DNA of 64,000 bases from NCBI GenBank assembly GCA_051362555.1, contig CM120643.1, forward strand, positions 4,092,001-4,156,000. The letters are read 5' to 3'. This document shows, piece after piece, positions 26,427 to 39,313 of this stretch. This DNA is from Lingula anatina (Eukaryota > Animalia > Brachiopoda). The translations under genes were made by a program, and so were the position numbers. The stretch's first letter is position 1. Each line of letters begins with the position of its first letter. The notes beneath the pieces were generated by a model that was given only the letters and a program-made list of their open reading frames with translations, was not told the DNA's origin and did not search any database.

Positions 26427-26588
26427 GACCCATTTCCCATAGATATTTAGATCGATCTATCCCCCTGGGGAATTTCACTAGATTGGTGTCAGCTTAACCA
26501 GCTTAAATGTCTGACAGCAATTTAGCGTGAACCCCCAGGGAGTTAGGTCAATCCAGATGGATCAAATTAAATCTCTGGGAATGCAGTC
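26427..26588 (+). mobile_element. PIF/Harbinger-type MITE, copy 3 (internally deleted)
   Basis: gacccatttcccatagat..ctctgggaatgcagtc; TSD TTA. Confidence 0.8.
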
Positions 26589-26977
26589 TTAGATTTAATA
26601 AATGTTCTACATGGAACAGAGCTACGTAGTACATGTAGTAGACTGTACCAAAGAATTATTTAATAAATGATAATACCCTTCTAAAAAGCTGAATTTTGGA
26701 TACATTTTTGTGAATTTTGATTTTATCATTTCATTTTTCAAGGATATAACTGAAATAAGTGAAATTTAAAGAAATTTAAGTATTTTTTGTTAGAAAATGT
26801 TAGAAAGTGAGTGATTGCAATAGAATATTTCAATGTAGGTCTATGTCAAGACATCTGTGGGTACCAAATTGTATGAAAGCTATGAGAAGCATGTCTCTTG
26901 ATATACATGTATATAATATGACCAAGAACTTTGTTGTTGTTATCGTACCACCAGCGTTATAACATTTATTCCCTTAT

Positions 26978-27670
26978 ATCTCCAAAACTGGCAGAGATAG
27001 GTCCATAGTTACTATTGAAGTTGAATAGGAAGTCATATACTGGCAATCTTACTGTGACCGTGAAATTGACCTTTGACCTACTTTTCACCATGAACTGAAC
27101 TTTGCAAATTTTGCTTCCCTTTTATCTCCAAAACTGGCAGAGATAGGTCCATACTGTAGTTACTATTGAACTTGAATAGGAAGTCATATACTGGCAATCC
27201 TACTGTGACCTTGAAATTGACCTTTGACCTACTTTTCATCATGAATTGAACTTTGCAAATTTTGCTCCCCTTTTATCTCCAAAACTGCCAGAGATAGGTC
27301 CATAGTTACTATTGAACTTGAATGGGAAGTCATATACTGTCAATCTAAATGTGACCTTGAAATTGACCTTTGACCTACTTTTCACCATGAGTTGAACTTT
27401 GCAAATTTTGGTTCATTTTTATCTCCAAAACTGGCAGAGATAGGTCCATAGTTTCTATTGAACTTGAATAGGAAGTCATATACTGGCAATCTAAATGTGA
27501 CCTTAAAATTGACCTTTGACCTACTTTTCACCATGAACTGAACTTTGCAAATTTTGCTTCTCTTTTATCTCCAAAACTGGCAGAGATAGGTCCATAGTTA
27601 CTATTGAACTTGAATAGGAAGTCATATACTGGCAATTTACTGTGACCTTGAAATTGACCTTTGACCTACC
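26978..27670 (+). repeat. 146-bp tandem repeat (~4.8 copies) with TGACCTTGA motifs, Helentron/HINE-type internal satellite
   Basis: atctccaaaactg at 26978, 27124, 27275, 27421, 27567; family assignment from the gtgaccttgaaattgacctttgacct motif. Confidence 0.85.
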
Positions 27671-27759
27671 TTACGATGAACTTAAATTTGATTGTACCAT
27701 TTTTAGTTATATCTGTTTTTTGCATATTTTGAAAATTCTTGTTGATTGCATTTTTACAG

Positions 27760-28013
27760 CTTGTCAAGCACAAGACTGGTGGCTGTGTCCCTTATTTTGT
27801 GTATGTGGGGGTCTATACGAATGCGCTTGCTCCAGCTGGTGGTACAATATTCGGAGGCGGTATCGCCTCTCTGATCCTCTAGTTATTTACATGTTTACCT
27901 ATCCCACATTGTATTTTAGGTCCAAACCTCTGTGGGGACAACAACAGTGGCTGCTCTCACTTGTGCTTCATCACACCAGGGGGCGCTGGATTCAGGTGTG
28001 ACTGTGTCTCATA
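27760..28013 (+). pseudogene. LRP2: Two EGF-like exon relics (27760-27859 degenerate; 27920-28013 clear)
   Basis: ..GGLYECAC.. and [31 protein letters not shown] with AG/GT borders. Confidence 0.8.
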
Positions 28014-28188
28014 GTAAGTTTCTTTTAGCATTTTGCATCTAGGTATATTCATCCTATGTCAGTCTTGGTTGTTCTTGTCAAATTGCTGTGTGTTATTTTT
28101 TTATCATTGTAAATAAATCCCTGTTTCTTTTTCAATGAATTATTTCCCTTTTTGAGTTGTAACATTCCCAGTAAATGTGTTATTTCAG

Positions 28189-28276
28189 AAACAGCTGCCA
28201 CTGTGGTCCCCATTATACTTGTGGTCATCCTATGAGTGGTCAATAATGGTGCGTTCCTATTTCTGCGAAGAAGAAG
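28189..28276 (+). pseudogene. LRP2: Transmembrane exon relic
   Basis: TAATVVPIILVVIL*VVNNGAFLFLRRRR: hydrophobic stretch plus basic stop-transfer, with an internal TGA. Confidence 0.85.
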
Positions 28277-28723
28277 GTACTTTTTCTCTTTCTCTCTCTC
28301 TCTCTTGCAAAGAACTTCAAGAAAATTTTGTTAAGCCATATGATATCATGTGTGTCTTAGAAAATAAGGTATTCAGTATCAAACAGATTTTTTAAAAGGC
28401 ACATCAGGTATAATCTTTACAGCAATTTTTTAAAAAATTCATTTGGTATTTATTATAAGTCCAGATCTTAATCTTTTGGTATTGATATCAAAGGATCCCC
28501 CTGGATATTGGAATAGTTGCATATTAGTTGAAATAGTTGTTGCTATGATTTCAGTATGAGCAAGGCCTTGTTTTATGGGGTTTTTTTGTTTGTTGGTTGG
28601 TTTTGTTTAGTTCTTTTGTCTTTTTTTCACAAATTGCCTGTGAAAACATTTTATTTTATACTTTGTAATCTGGAAATTTTCTTTTTATTCATTGGTCTAA
28701 AGTGTTCATCTTTTTTCTTGTAG

Positions 28724-28993
28724 GATACAATGGAACCAAAGTACAACAAAACGAAGAATTTCAAAGACTACAACAAACCAACCAATTTCTCCACCCCAAT
28801 GTATGACAGTAGAACAGAATAGAACCTGCTAAACCCCTTAAAAAAGGACATGACCAGCCCCACTCACTCCAATGGGGTAGCAGACAACCAGTCTTCAGAG
28901 ATCACAGTCCATATACCACATACAGAACTCTGTCCTTCAGTAATGGAAAATGATTGTGACACTGATGTTTTAGTCACTGATAGTGATTTATGA
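28724..28993 (+). pseudogene. LRP2: Cytoplasmic-tail terminal exon relic
   Basis: ..PTNFSTPMYD.. (degenerate FxNPxY), internal TAG, ends DTDVLVTDSDL* (PDZ-ligand-like, megalin-type). Confidence 0.82.
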
Positions 28994-30589
28994 TACCAAA
29001 GATTTTTGACCATAAAAATTCTTGATGATCAAAAGAGTTCTTTCAAGTTTTAATACATTATTTAATTCATTATTTAATTCATGTTTTAATACATTATCCT
29101 AGGAATACATCTGTGTAGGATGCCATGGTGTACTCAACATTCCAAGAAGTTTTGTCTTGGCTCAGAAAAGGGTAGAAGATAAATTTGTATTTCACAAATA
29201 TGCAAAACATGTTGATGCTTTTTCCTTCTGGCTTTAGATGTATGTCCTGTGACATTTATATAGACGTCTTCATGTGGAAATTTTATTAATTTTCTATAAA
29301 TATAAATTTAAAGCTTTAAGAAGGCTGGAAGAAAATATGTCCCACACCATTGCAACATTCACTTATATATGATTTTTATTTACAGACACAGATGTGTCTG
29401 TACATTGCTGTCTTTCAGTGTTATAGCGATAAGTGGAAAAACTATTTGACTTTTTGTCTTCAAACTTAAATATTCATAAAATGCAGATCAAGTTTGAAAA
29501 TCAGCTTGATTGGAACATTTCTACAAAACTTACGGCTTTTTTCCATGTAACTTATCCTGTGTTATACATTTTCATAAATAATAAAAACACCGTTTTACCT
29601 TTTGTCTTCAAATTTACATAATGTAGAACTGATGAATATTCATGAAATATAGGTTAAGTCCAAAAATCAGCTTTATTGGAACAATTTTTTTCTTTTCCCA
29701 TAGCATTTTATCCACCATTATATATTGAAAACACTGTTTTACTGTTTGTCTTCAAATTAATGGAGCTGAGTATACATGAAGTACAGGTTGAATTTGAAAA
29801 TCAGCTTAATCGAACCATCTTTCCAAAAGTTATGCTGTTTTTTTTTTTTCAGTGAATTTTATCTACTGTTATACAAATAGCATGAAAACCGTGTCATATT
29901 TAGCTTTAATACCTGCTGGGCTGATTCTTGGGACTAATATACATGTACAGATTAAGTTCCAAAATTATCTTAGTTTTTGTAAAGTTATATTTTTGTAAAG
30001 TGTTCTTTTGACATAGTTTATATGAAAATGATGCTAAATCTGTTATCGTGTATTGTGAAATAAAGAATCAGAAATGGAAATAAAATTATATCTGTGTAGT
30101 TTGTCAGATTGGATCCTTCACTGTGTTTTCAGATCAAGGAAATTAGATACTTAAAATTGTTCTATTGATGTATTTTTTATTTGTTTGAATAGAGGTCTGT
30201 CCATACTGTAATGCCATACTTGAAATTTTGTTAATTCTTTTGGAGGTGGTGCATTGTTCTTTATGTATGAAGATATATTGATTTTCATTTTTAGATACTA
30301 GTGAAAGTCTTTTTGTTTTTGGTACATGCATGCCAATTGTATGTATGTTCTTCATTATTTCACTGTAATAAAGGATATTTTGGGGGGAAATATGTATGTT
30401 CATTTGTTGCTCTTTTTCTCCCTCTAATCTTTTCCCTTTCACTTTAATTTTCTTAAGAAAAAAATATTAATTTTTGTGAAAAAAATGGAATAATTTCAAT
30501 AAGTAGATTTTCCAATTAAAAATATATAAAGGTTAGACAAAATTCTAATTTCAAGAGGGAAATATTGGTGCGATATATTTTTCAGAAAC

Positions 30590-31375
30590 CTCTTAATTGG
30601 CCACTGCGTTACCGATATGCACGTTACCATAATTGCGTGTAGATTGTTGTTGTTGTTGTTGTTGTTATTTACGTTGTGAGTTGTCTGTCGGCACAACACT
30701 CAATAACTCCCTTTCCTTTAACTTGTTTGATTCCGTTATAATCTTTATCTGCAGTTAGTGAAAGTCTAAGGCTCTATTCCCATAGATTTTAGATCGATCT
30801 ATCCCTGCGGGGAGTCTCACTAGATTACTTTCAGATAATCCGACTTAAATGTCCGTCCCGCCTACTACAAGCTGTAAGAGGGTAATTAACTTTCGTGTCC
30901 GCCCGGCTGACAGCTATTTAGCGTGAACCCCCAGGGAGTTAGGTCGATCTAAAGTAGGTCGATCTAATCTATGGAAATGGGGTGTAAGTCATTTACTTTA
31001 CAACATCAATTGGCTACAAGTTGCCTTAAATTTTTGCATGTGATCCTCTATGAAGAGGAACTGTAGTGGCCAACAAGATTTTTAACTCTGAATTTTTTTA
31101 CTTCTGAATATTTTGACTGTTATGCGCATTATTTTTTCGCTCGGCTTTCTCCTTTATATTCGCTTAATAAGAGAGAGAGAGAGAGGGGGTATTCTAATTA
31201 AATTCATCCTTGTCTAACACAAATAAATAGAAATGCTCTCAAGATTTTAATGGTTTGCCGATATCCCTTTTCAATCACAGTTTTAATCCTATATATCATG
31301 ATTATGAGGAAATATCGCGTGTGATTTTCGCCCAAAAGCCGTGACGTCTGCAGCGCATCTCTGAGGCGCGTTTAT
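30590..31375 (+). mobile_element. Possible non-autonomous Helentron/HINE-like element (hosting a MITE)
   Basis: (GTT)n microsatellite near the 5' end and a GC-rich short hairpin gcgcatctctgaggcgc at the 3' end; the same 3' end occurs at ~5385-5405. Confidence 0.35.
30770..30984 (+). mobile_element. PIF/Harbinger-type MITE, copy 4
   Basis: Nearly identical to 23693-23907; TSD TAA. Confidence 0.9.
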
Positions 31376-32655
31376 TATTTATTCTTCACTCGTGGAATGA
31401 TTGTGTTAGTGCAGAAAATTTCTTTCTCACCAGATGACAACTGAAAACTTTGAAAATATTTTATGAATCAACATTAAGATCATCAAGGCCATCAAGATCA
31501 TCATCAATACAAATCTCTGATATGAACATCACTTCCGGCCAGTCTTATATTACTTCAAGGAACCTAATTTGCATATAAGAGAAAAAATGCATTTTTTCTG
31601 ATTTTGGCTTGTCTCCAATTTCTTCATTATTTTCAAATAGCAATGTCATCTTTTGCTCACAAATCTGGACACGTTTATTCCAAATGCATCGTTTGTAAAT
31701 TATGTAATTAGAAATAACTTTTATATCACAGACGTGTATCACGTTTTCACTACATAGCCATAAAACTCGACAATAGCTGCATGGGTATAAAAGTAGGTCA
31801 ATTGCCTGTATAAAATTGCCATACGATTATTGATTTTTTAGTGTGGACCGTTTTAGAGGGGAGACACAAGTGGGAGATGTATCAAGATACCAGCAAAATA
31901 TTTTGGTTGCATGCGGGTACTGAAAGCCAGAGTATATTGCAAACTTTGAAAGAAAAGAGTAAAACTAGCCCACATCTCCAGCTTCACCATGTAGAACTTT
32001 ATAGATGCCACGGTCCCTCTCTATTTCATCTGACTCTCCCTAAAATTTTTCAGACCGCGTTAACTGTTCAGCTCCCGGGAACCGCGAAGCATCCAGCGTG
32101 GTGGCAGACGCTGAGCTCTGCAGACGGCACATTGCATTCACAAGAGGGGGTAAAGGTTTTCTAGGGAAATGCTGTATTTTATTACATCTGACGAATTACG
32201 TGATAAAGGAAAGATGTTTTTTACATATTTGAATTTATATTGACTTAGTGCAATTAGAGACAACGATTCACTGTATTTCTTCTCAAAATTGACAGGTTAA
32301 AAAAAGAGCAAAAGGAGACTACCTATCTCCCCTATGAATCCTTACATGGTATATCCTATCGGTGAACTTTTGATCTACTTTAGTTTTCACACTCCTACAC
32401 ACGCTGAGTTTGTATGGTATCAATAGAAATGGGGCGTATTGGTGGGACGGGGGGGGGGGGGGATTCTAATGTGACTTTTCATGTTCAAGAAGATATGGTA
32501 TTTCTATTTTGATAATGCTACATGTATAACATATTGGGGTTAATGAACATTATTACACACAGCTAGACCGAAGTCTGTTGTTTTATACATGTTTTTTTAT
32601 ATATAAAATAAAACATTTTATTTTAAAAGATAGACCTGAATTGAGAGCGTTGGCA
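31070..32655 (+). repeat. Dispersed duplication, copy B (paralogous to ~5140-6560)
   Basis: Collinear similarity with copy A ~26 kb upstream. Confidence 0.9.
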
Positions 32656-34863
32656 CCGGTGAAGAGCAGTTAAATTGTATCCAAACCCACAGGTGTTGAT
32701 TATGCTGGTTTGCACATTCCAAGCTTAATTGTAATTTTGATCTGATTCGTTATTTTATGATGATTTACTTAGGACAAATAGTGAACCTATGTACAACTTC
32801 GATGATTGGATTGGATTCTCCCCCTCTTCGATGATGATCCTGTGCGTGTGTGTGTGTGTGTGTGTGCGCGCGCGCGCGCGTGTGTGTGTTTAGTGTATGT
32901 GTAGGGGAGGGTGTCGTTTTCACGTAGTCCTGCCATACATTGACAAGGTACCGACATTATTTTAAAAATTAATTGTAGCTTAACTCGTAAGTCATGGGTG
33001 TGTATATTCTATTTTCATTTCCATTTGCTTGAAGCTGTATTTGTTGCTCAGATTCCATTTTTAATTTATAATTATTTTGCCTTTGTTCTTTTCATTAATT
33101 TTTCTTGTATTATTCTGAAAGGTATTTTTTTTATTTTAGGTAATAATTACTTCGTTATAGATAGAGTCATCCAGATTTGTTCATAATTCTATAAATTAGT
33201 GACAATACCGCCAACAAATATGCCGTTCTCTAGCGCGTGGTTCCCTACGTAAGGATCTCCTATTTATGGTTTTGATGCGGATATGTGCACTGTTTGAACT
33301 TCGTCGCTTCAGACTGCGACGGAAGTATGATGGTGATGAAGACGTAGGCCTACGTGACGAGATTTAACGTAAATGCGAAATGATAATAGATAAAAGAATA
33401 TCCAGCTTTAATTTCAGTTTATTTTCCGTGAAAGTTGTCTGATATCTTATTGATTCATGTGTCGATATATGTTTGCAATATCTACTTTATGTCGGAGTGG
33501 TAGCAGCAACAGTTCACAATTCACTGCCAGAGACTTTTTGCTTGCCTTGCTTGTATCTGTAATAAAAAGTACAAGCTTAAAGCGCAGATAATTGGTAGCT
33601 ATGTACAGTAATAGAACTAATAGTAATTAAAAGTGAAAACGATAGAAAAAAGCTGTCTTACGCCCCTAAAACTCGCATCAAGAACCACCACAGTACAAAC
33701 AGTCACCATTTTAAAAGGACACATACACGACACAAGACAAAGACGATTGTCGACCACAAGTTCATAAACATATTAGACGCTTTTAAAAAAGGACTTTATA
33801 GAGACAATGAATACCTCAACGAATATTAGTCTTGTTTTATTATTACGTAATCTTCAAGACGTTAACCTTTATCACGCACTTCTAACATCGTGTCCCTTCT
33901 ACATGCATCATACGCCACTTATACCAGTAGTTTGCTTGTTTATATTCTTGTTTTGGTACCTGAAGAAGGTTCACAAGCCCAAAGCTCGGGCATTTTTTTC
34001 ATCTTTCAGAGTTAATCTTTACAGATGAGTTTTCAATATATTTTTTCGTAAAGATGCGGAAGATGCGGTCGAATGAAAAATATGTAGTTTCATTTATCAG
34101 TCATATGTTATGTAACAATTAATTATCATAAAAGAGGTTTGTTATCTGATTCTGGTCCGAGGATCAACTGATTGTGAATTCGGCCAGAGACAACCGGAGA
34201 GAGAGAGAGAGAGAGAGAGAGGAATCGCCGGGGAGAAAGAGAGAGAGAGAGAGTTACACATGGAGTTTTCACTAGATATTCACAGATATGAATAAAATGT
34301 AAAATTTCTTTAATAATTTTTTAAAGAAAGATTCCTGTTTATGATTTGAACGCAAAGGACGGTCGCGTTTGTTACGTTATGTAAAAGCAGTATTGACGAC
34401 AGCTATCATCTGAGTCCTCAACACGGTCGGAGGTACGTTGTGTAGATTAATAATAACATCATTTTGTCTCTCTCGCTCTTTCTTACTTTAATGAGTCTTT
34501 TGATGCACACGAAAATCGTTGCATAAGTAAGCTCAGCACCTGTGCTAATCATATTTAAAACACGAAAAGCAGACTCATTCTTAGATCTTCGTTACTGTCG
34601 CTGGCAACACCATCCTATAAGTTTATTTTCAATAAAGTAGAAAATTAAGGTAGGCCTACTGGTTTGGAAGCAAGTACAGTGTCTAAAGTTTCAGAAAATA
34701 TCTAGAATTTTTATCTTATAATAAATAACTTGCAGCTACTTTTAAAAGCTGACAGATCCTTCGTGGCGTATTTTTGCTCTAGATCATTAATTTTAGTTGC
34801 TTTAATGTTTTGAAATATTTTAGACATTAATTAAATCTTCATTTTAGTTAAGACAATGACTGA

Positions 34864-35125
34864 AGGCCCCGTTGGGTATTTTCCTTACTCGTAACAGCCA
34901 CTTATCATTCACCGAGATGTGAAGCACCCCATTCCTGTGAATCGTGAATTGCGGGTTTCTATCCAGTATCCCTCGTCGTTAGTGGAACGAAGTCATTATA
35001 CTTGATGAAAGTTATTTTCAGCTCGCCAGACTAGTATTTTAAAGTTTTTAATTAATTTATGTGATTTGTGATTTTATGATTTATTTTCCGGTTGCCTTGA
35101 ACTGTGATCACTACCCCCCCCCCCC
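34864..35125 (+). repeat. Second homology block, copy B (pairs with 7541-7810)
   Basis: Shared ordered motifs with 7541-7810. Confidence 0.75.
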
Positions 35126-36230
35126 CCTTCACAGCGGGCTCTCATGATTATAGTTAGACGTACGATATGTAATAGGGAACAGTCATATGTTTTACACGAA
35201 ACACGACAAAAATGATTCTCTTAAAAAGCCATTTACAAAACCTTCGTTACCAGGCATTGAGAAAATATACTTGGAATTGAGGGAAAAATTTAGACGTTTT
35301 GAAAAAAAATTAACGCGCATCTAATATAAGCTTACTAGCGCAGTCTCTAGCACAGTCTATAAAAGTAAAATACAGGTGCCATTTGCTGTGCAGGCAAAAT
35401 TGGCTTTAGAATATTTTCAGGTTTGTTTATTATACTTTTAATCATTTTTATGGTAGGCCCTAATTGCTCTAAATGCGAAGGTCTTTAAATGCTCCATTTG
35501 CTCAAATTGAACGTTGTGTTAGCAGTGCTGAGATCCAGCAAAAGTTGAAGCAAAAAGAAAATATATAATAATAACAATAAAAAAAGAATTTTAAATTACC
35601 TTTTTGTAATAATTTATTCTCAATCAATAATATCATATCTAAACAAAAAAATCAAAAGATATAATAACCTGGACGCAGAGTAAAATTGCGGCAAATTCAT
35701 GTGACCGGATGTACCGAGATGTAACCCAGTATTCACTGCGGGTTTTTTTTTACCTACTTAGTCGGGCGGAGCGGGAAAATTTTACACGTTATGAAATAAC
35801 GTTATACTAAGGCCAAGATATATTTATGGGTTACCATAAAAGTTTGATCTGAAGCAGTGGGACATTCCACGATTCCAGCATCCTTTTAAATGTATGCAAA
35901 CACATTCTTGATGACAGAAAGGTGAGTACTTTGTTGCAGTGATCTGGTACCGGAAGTCTTGGGATTGAAAGCGACATGCAGTTGGGCGGGGCTTTTGAGA
36001 GAGAGAGAGAGAGAGAGAGAGAGGAAGGAGCTGTAGATACAAGAGGTAGAGGATAGATAAAGGGAATGTTATAAGTGTTATTCAGTAGATCTGGATTCCT
36101 GGAAATATCTGAGGTAAAACGTAAAAAGTTCTAGCAGAGTTAGGGAGCCATAGGGTTTCTATATGTTGTCCTAAAAAGTTATTTGTGGGGATTTTTGCAG
36201 TGTTTACTTCGTCCTATCAGGTATCTTTAT

Positions 36231-37197
36231 CAGGGGCGTAACCAGACCTTTAAAAATTGTACGCACAGATTTTTAAAATTCCCAGCAAAATGTAGACTAA
36301 TGCAAGAGATGATGATCGAAGGACAGCGTAATTACAGCATATGTACCACACATCGCAGCTTAATTTCCATTTTAATGGAATATTATTAAAATAATAAAAT
36401 CATCATTTAGTCAGAAATATTCTCGCAATTAAAAAAGTTTCAATATTCTTATTACCCAGAACGGTATATTTATTTAAAAGGAGGCTAGCTTCGCATATGT
36501 GGAACCCCTTCGAATAATCCTGGATCCACCTCTGAGTTGAAATAACATACGGTTTCATTCACCTTACATGTGGATGCATGGCTCCCAAAAACAACCAACG
36601 ACAGAGCTCTGATACATCTAAGTTTAATTATTTGTTTGTAAAAATTGCCCATGTCACCCTGTTAGTTTGGAGGGGTAAGTTGGGTCAAGTCCATGTCAAA
36701 ATTCTTTGAAGCTTTGCAGGAAAAATTCTTCCTTTGTTTCTCTAGCTCCTTCTTTAACCTATTGTCCAGATTTTATCTAGTGCCCCCAGGGTTGCGGGAG
36801 CTGCTCTTCGAAAATAACACTCAGGCAGATTTTTACCTGATATTTATATCGCCAGCGAGAATGCGTTCAAGAAAGAGGGTACAGAAGAGTTGAGGGCCAC
36901 TGAACCTTTCAATTAAGAGGTAAAGGAAGTTCCAGTTAGATGGACGATTAAGATAGGACTTGTTAAGGTTACGGGCATTGTTTACCTCAGTTTGCAAGAC
37001 GGGGGAGGAGGGGGGTCAGAACAATAGTGCCTATACAATTGATACAGAGGGTTCGTACATACAGGTGACTTTAAAAAGCAGAGGATTTTCTTTTGTATTC
37101 CGTGAAAAATACACTAAATTTATATAAAATAATATCATGGTTGGCCAAAAAAATTGTACGCACAGTGCATCCGTGCGTATGCCTAGTTACGCCCATG
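36231..37197. mobile_element. ~970-bp non-autonomous DNA transposon with caggggcgtaac TIRs and 5-bp TSD
   Basis: caggggcgtaaccag..ctagttacgcccatg; TSD tttat on both sides. Confidence 0.85.
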
Positions 37198-39118
37198 TTT
37201 ATAACTCTCTATTTAGCCATAGCCCTCCAACTGGATTGAAGTAATAGCTTTGCATGTTAGGAATTCATACATACCCCAGTATGTAGCCAAGTATAACATC
37301 ACATTATTACAATGTTACATCTGGACTGCACCATTCCTGCATTGAATATAGTGTTGTGACACATTTTGAGGCATGTCGGGCGGCTTAAGAGGGTCCTACT
37401 AAACATTAGAAATGGATAGAAATGGACAGAAATGGACCGATATAGACCTCTAGGTAGGCATAGCAAACCTCTCTAGGGTTGTATTTGATTTCTACATAGT
37501 AAAAATAAACTTACTTCTGCACCAGAAAGAAGTTTTATTGACTTTTCTGCCAAGACACCAGCGGAGGTTAAAATCAGGTCAAAGTCGCCATTTGTATGTA
37601 TTCATAGCATTTTCAAAATGATTTCATTAAAAACCTTTAATTGAACTTCAAAATTCTATTTCAAATACTCGCCTTATTGAACAAATTCCGTTTTAATTAT
37701 TTTATTTGAGTCTTTGCTGTGCTTGTGAAAGTTGTTTAGTGGAGCAACCAGTGCTCCCAAGCACAGCCTCGTTGTGGAATCCACCTTGAAAATGGCGACC
37801 TTGACTGATTTCAACCTCTACTGAAGTTATGGCAAAACAGATGCATATTAGCAATTTTTTGAAAGTACAAATTTCTGTGAATATGAGGAAGCTGCCAAGT
37901 TTGACTTTGCCCAGGACCACTGCCAGTTTAGACATGCAAACAAACAGCCCTTTTTGCCGGGAAAAGGTTCCCTCTGGATAAATTTTCATTTAGGTACACA
38001 ATGGTTTCATGGTGAAAGGTCTACTTTTTTTAGGAAAAAAAACCTTTTGAAATAGCTGGTTACAGGCCTGTTGAATGTTTATAATGAGTTTCTCTTCTTT
38101 TTTTTTTTTTCAGCTCAGGCACACAGTTTGACAGAGTGGTCAAATCTGAAAATGCAGTTATTCTCAATGAGATAGCATAGAAAACCCTCACTGACCCAAC
38201 ACTAATCAAACTTGGAGGGAGAATCTCAACAGGAGATTGGAACTAGGATCCAAAATATATTTTGGATCCTAGATTGGAATCAGCAATCTATACAGAAAAG
38301 TTGAGAACATTGAACCATACTGGGACATGAGAGAAGAATTTAGTATTATTGAAGCACACAAATCCTTATTACCCATGTTTAACAAAGCACAAGCAAAATT
38401 ACCACCGAGAATAGAGAAATTGGTGATGGACTTACAAGATGTTAACTATGAAGTGGTATATGAGCCAGGAAAGAATGACGCAGACCCAGATTATCTCTTC
38501 AGACACCCACTGCCACAAATGGGTGGTCAAAGTACAGAGAAGATGATCAGATGGTCAAATCTGAAAATGCAGCGATTCTCGGTGAGATAGCAGAGAAAAC
38601 ACTCACTGACCCAACACTAATCAAACTTGGAGGGAGAATACACTCATCATACGTGACTATGTTTTAGTTAAACAGAACAGAAGAAACAAACTCTCAACAC
38701 CATATGAACCGATTTTACTATATCTTCATGGAAATACATGGTTCTCAAGTTACTGCCAGAAGAGTTACAGACAGAAGAACAATCTGCAGAGACACAAGTC
38801 AATTCAAACTGTGTAACAATGTCATAAACACAACAGATGATGTAATGAAAATTCCAGCAGACTTGTATTTGAAAGAAAACACAAATGAGATGAGAAGACA
38901 AGATGATGCATGTGAATTGCAACAGTGAAAGTGACATTGCAGCAACAGACACACAGAATATTCCAAACTTAGATGATATTGCATTTAATACAAAGAATTC
39001 AGTTGATGAGAAGATGCCACAGCAAGAGAAAAACAGTGATCATATTGAAGAACCAGTTTACACCAGACCAAAGAGAACCATCAGACAACCAGGTTACTTT
39101 AAAGATTATGTATTAAAG

Positions 39119-39285
39119 CAGGCCCGTAGCCAGCAATTTCAAAAGGGGGGTTCTTTTTCTGAAAAAGTGGACCTTTTCCCATAAAAACGCCATGTACCTA
39201 GATCAAATTTTACCCAAAGTGGACCTTTTCCCAGCAAAAGGGGAGGTTCTTTCGAACCCCCCGAACCCCCCTGGCTACGGGCCTG
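39119..39285 (+). mobile_element. MITE with perfect caggcccgtagccag TIRs inserted at the Gypsy pol end
   Basis: TSD taaag/caaag; removal restores ..DYVLK-TGA. Confidence 0.9.
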
Positions 39286-39313
39286 CAAAGTGACAGTTCA
39301 ATCATTTCTGTGT

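Larger units (their letters stand above)
13127..28993 (+). pseudogene. LRP2: Unprocessed, internally deleted LRP2 (megalin)-like pseudogene
   Basis: Spliced exon relics for LDLa, cbEGF, start of a YWTD propeller, EGF, TM and a cytoplasmic tail. Several closely parallel megalin as I recall it ([18 protein letters not shown].., NIEPFIVFTNSYYIRKLSLDG.., [28 protein letters not shown]-terminal DTDVLVTDSDL*). In-frame stops and frameshifts in most exons. Confidence 0.88.

Noticed and set aside
13127-28993. Functional LRP2 gene
   Set aside because: Stops in the propeller, TM and tail exons, frameshifts, a mutated acceptor and absence of most exons
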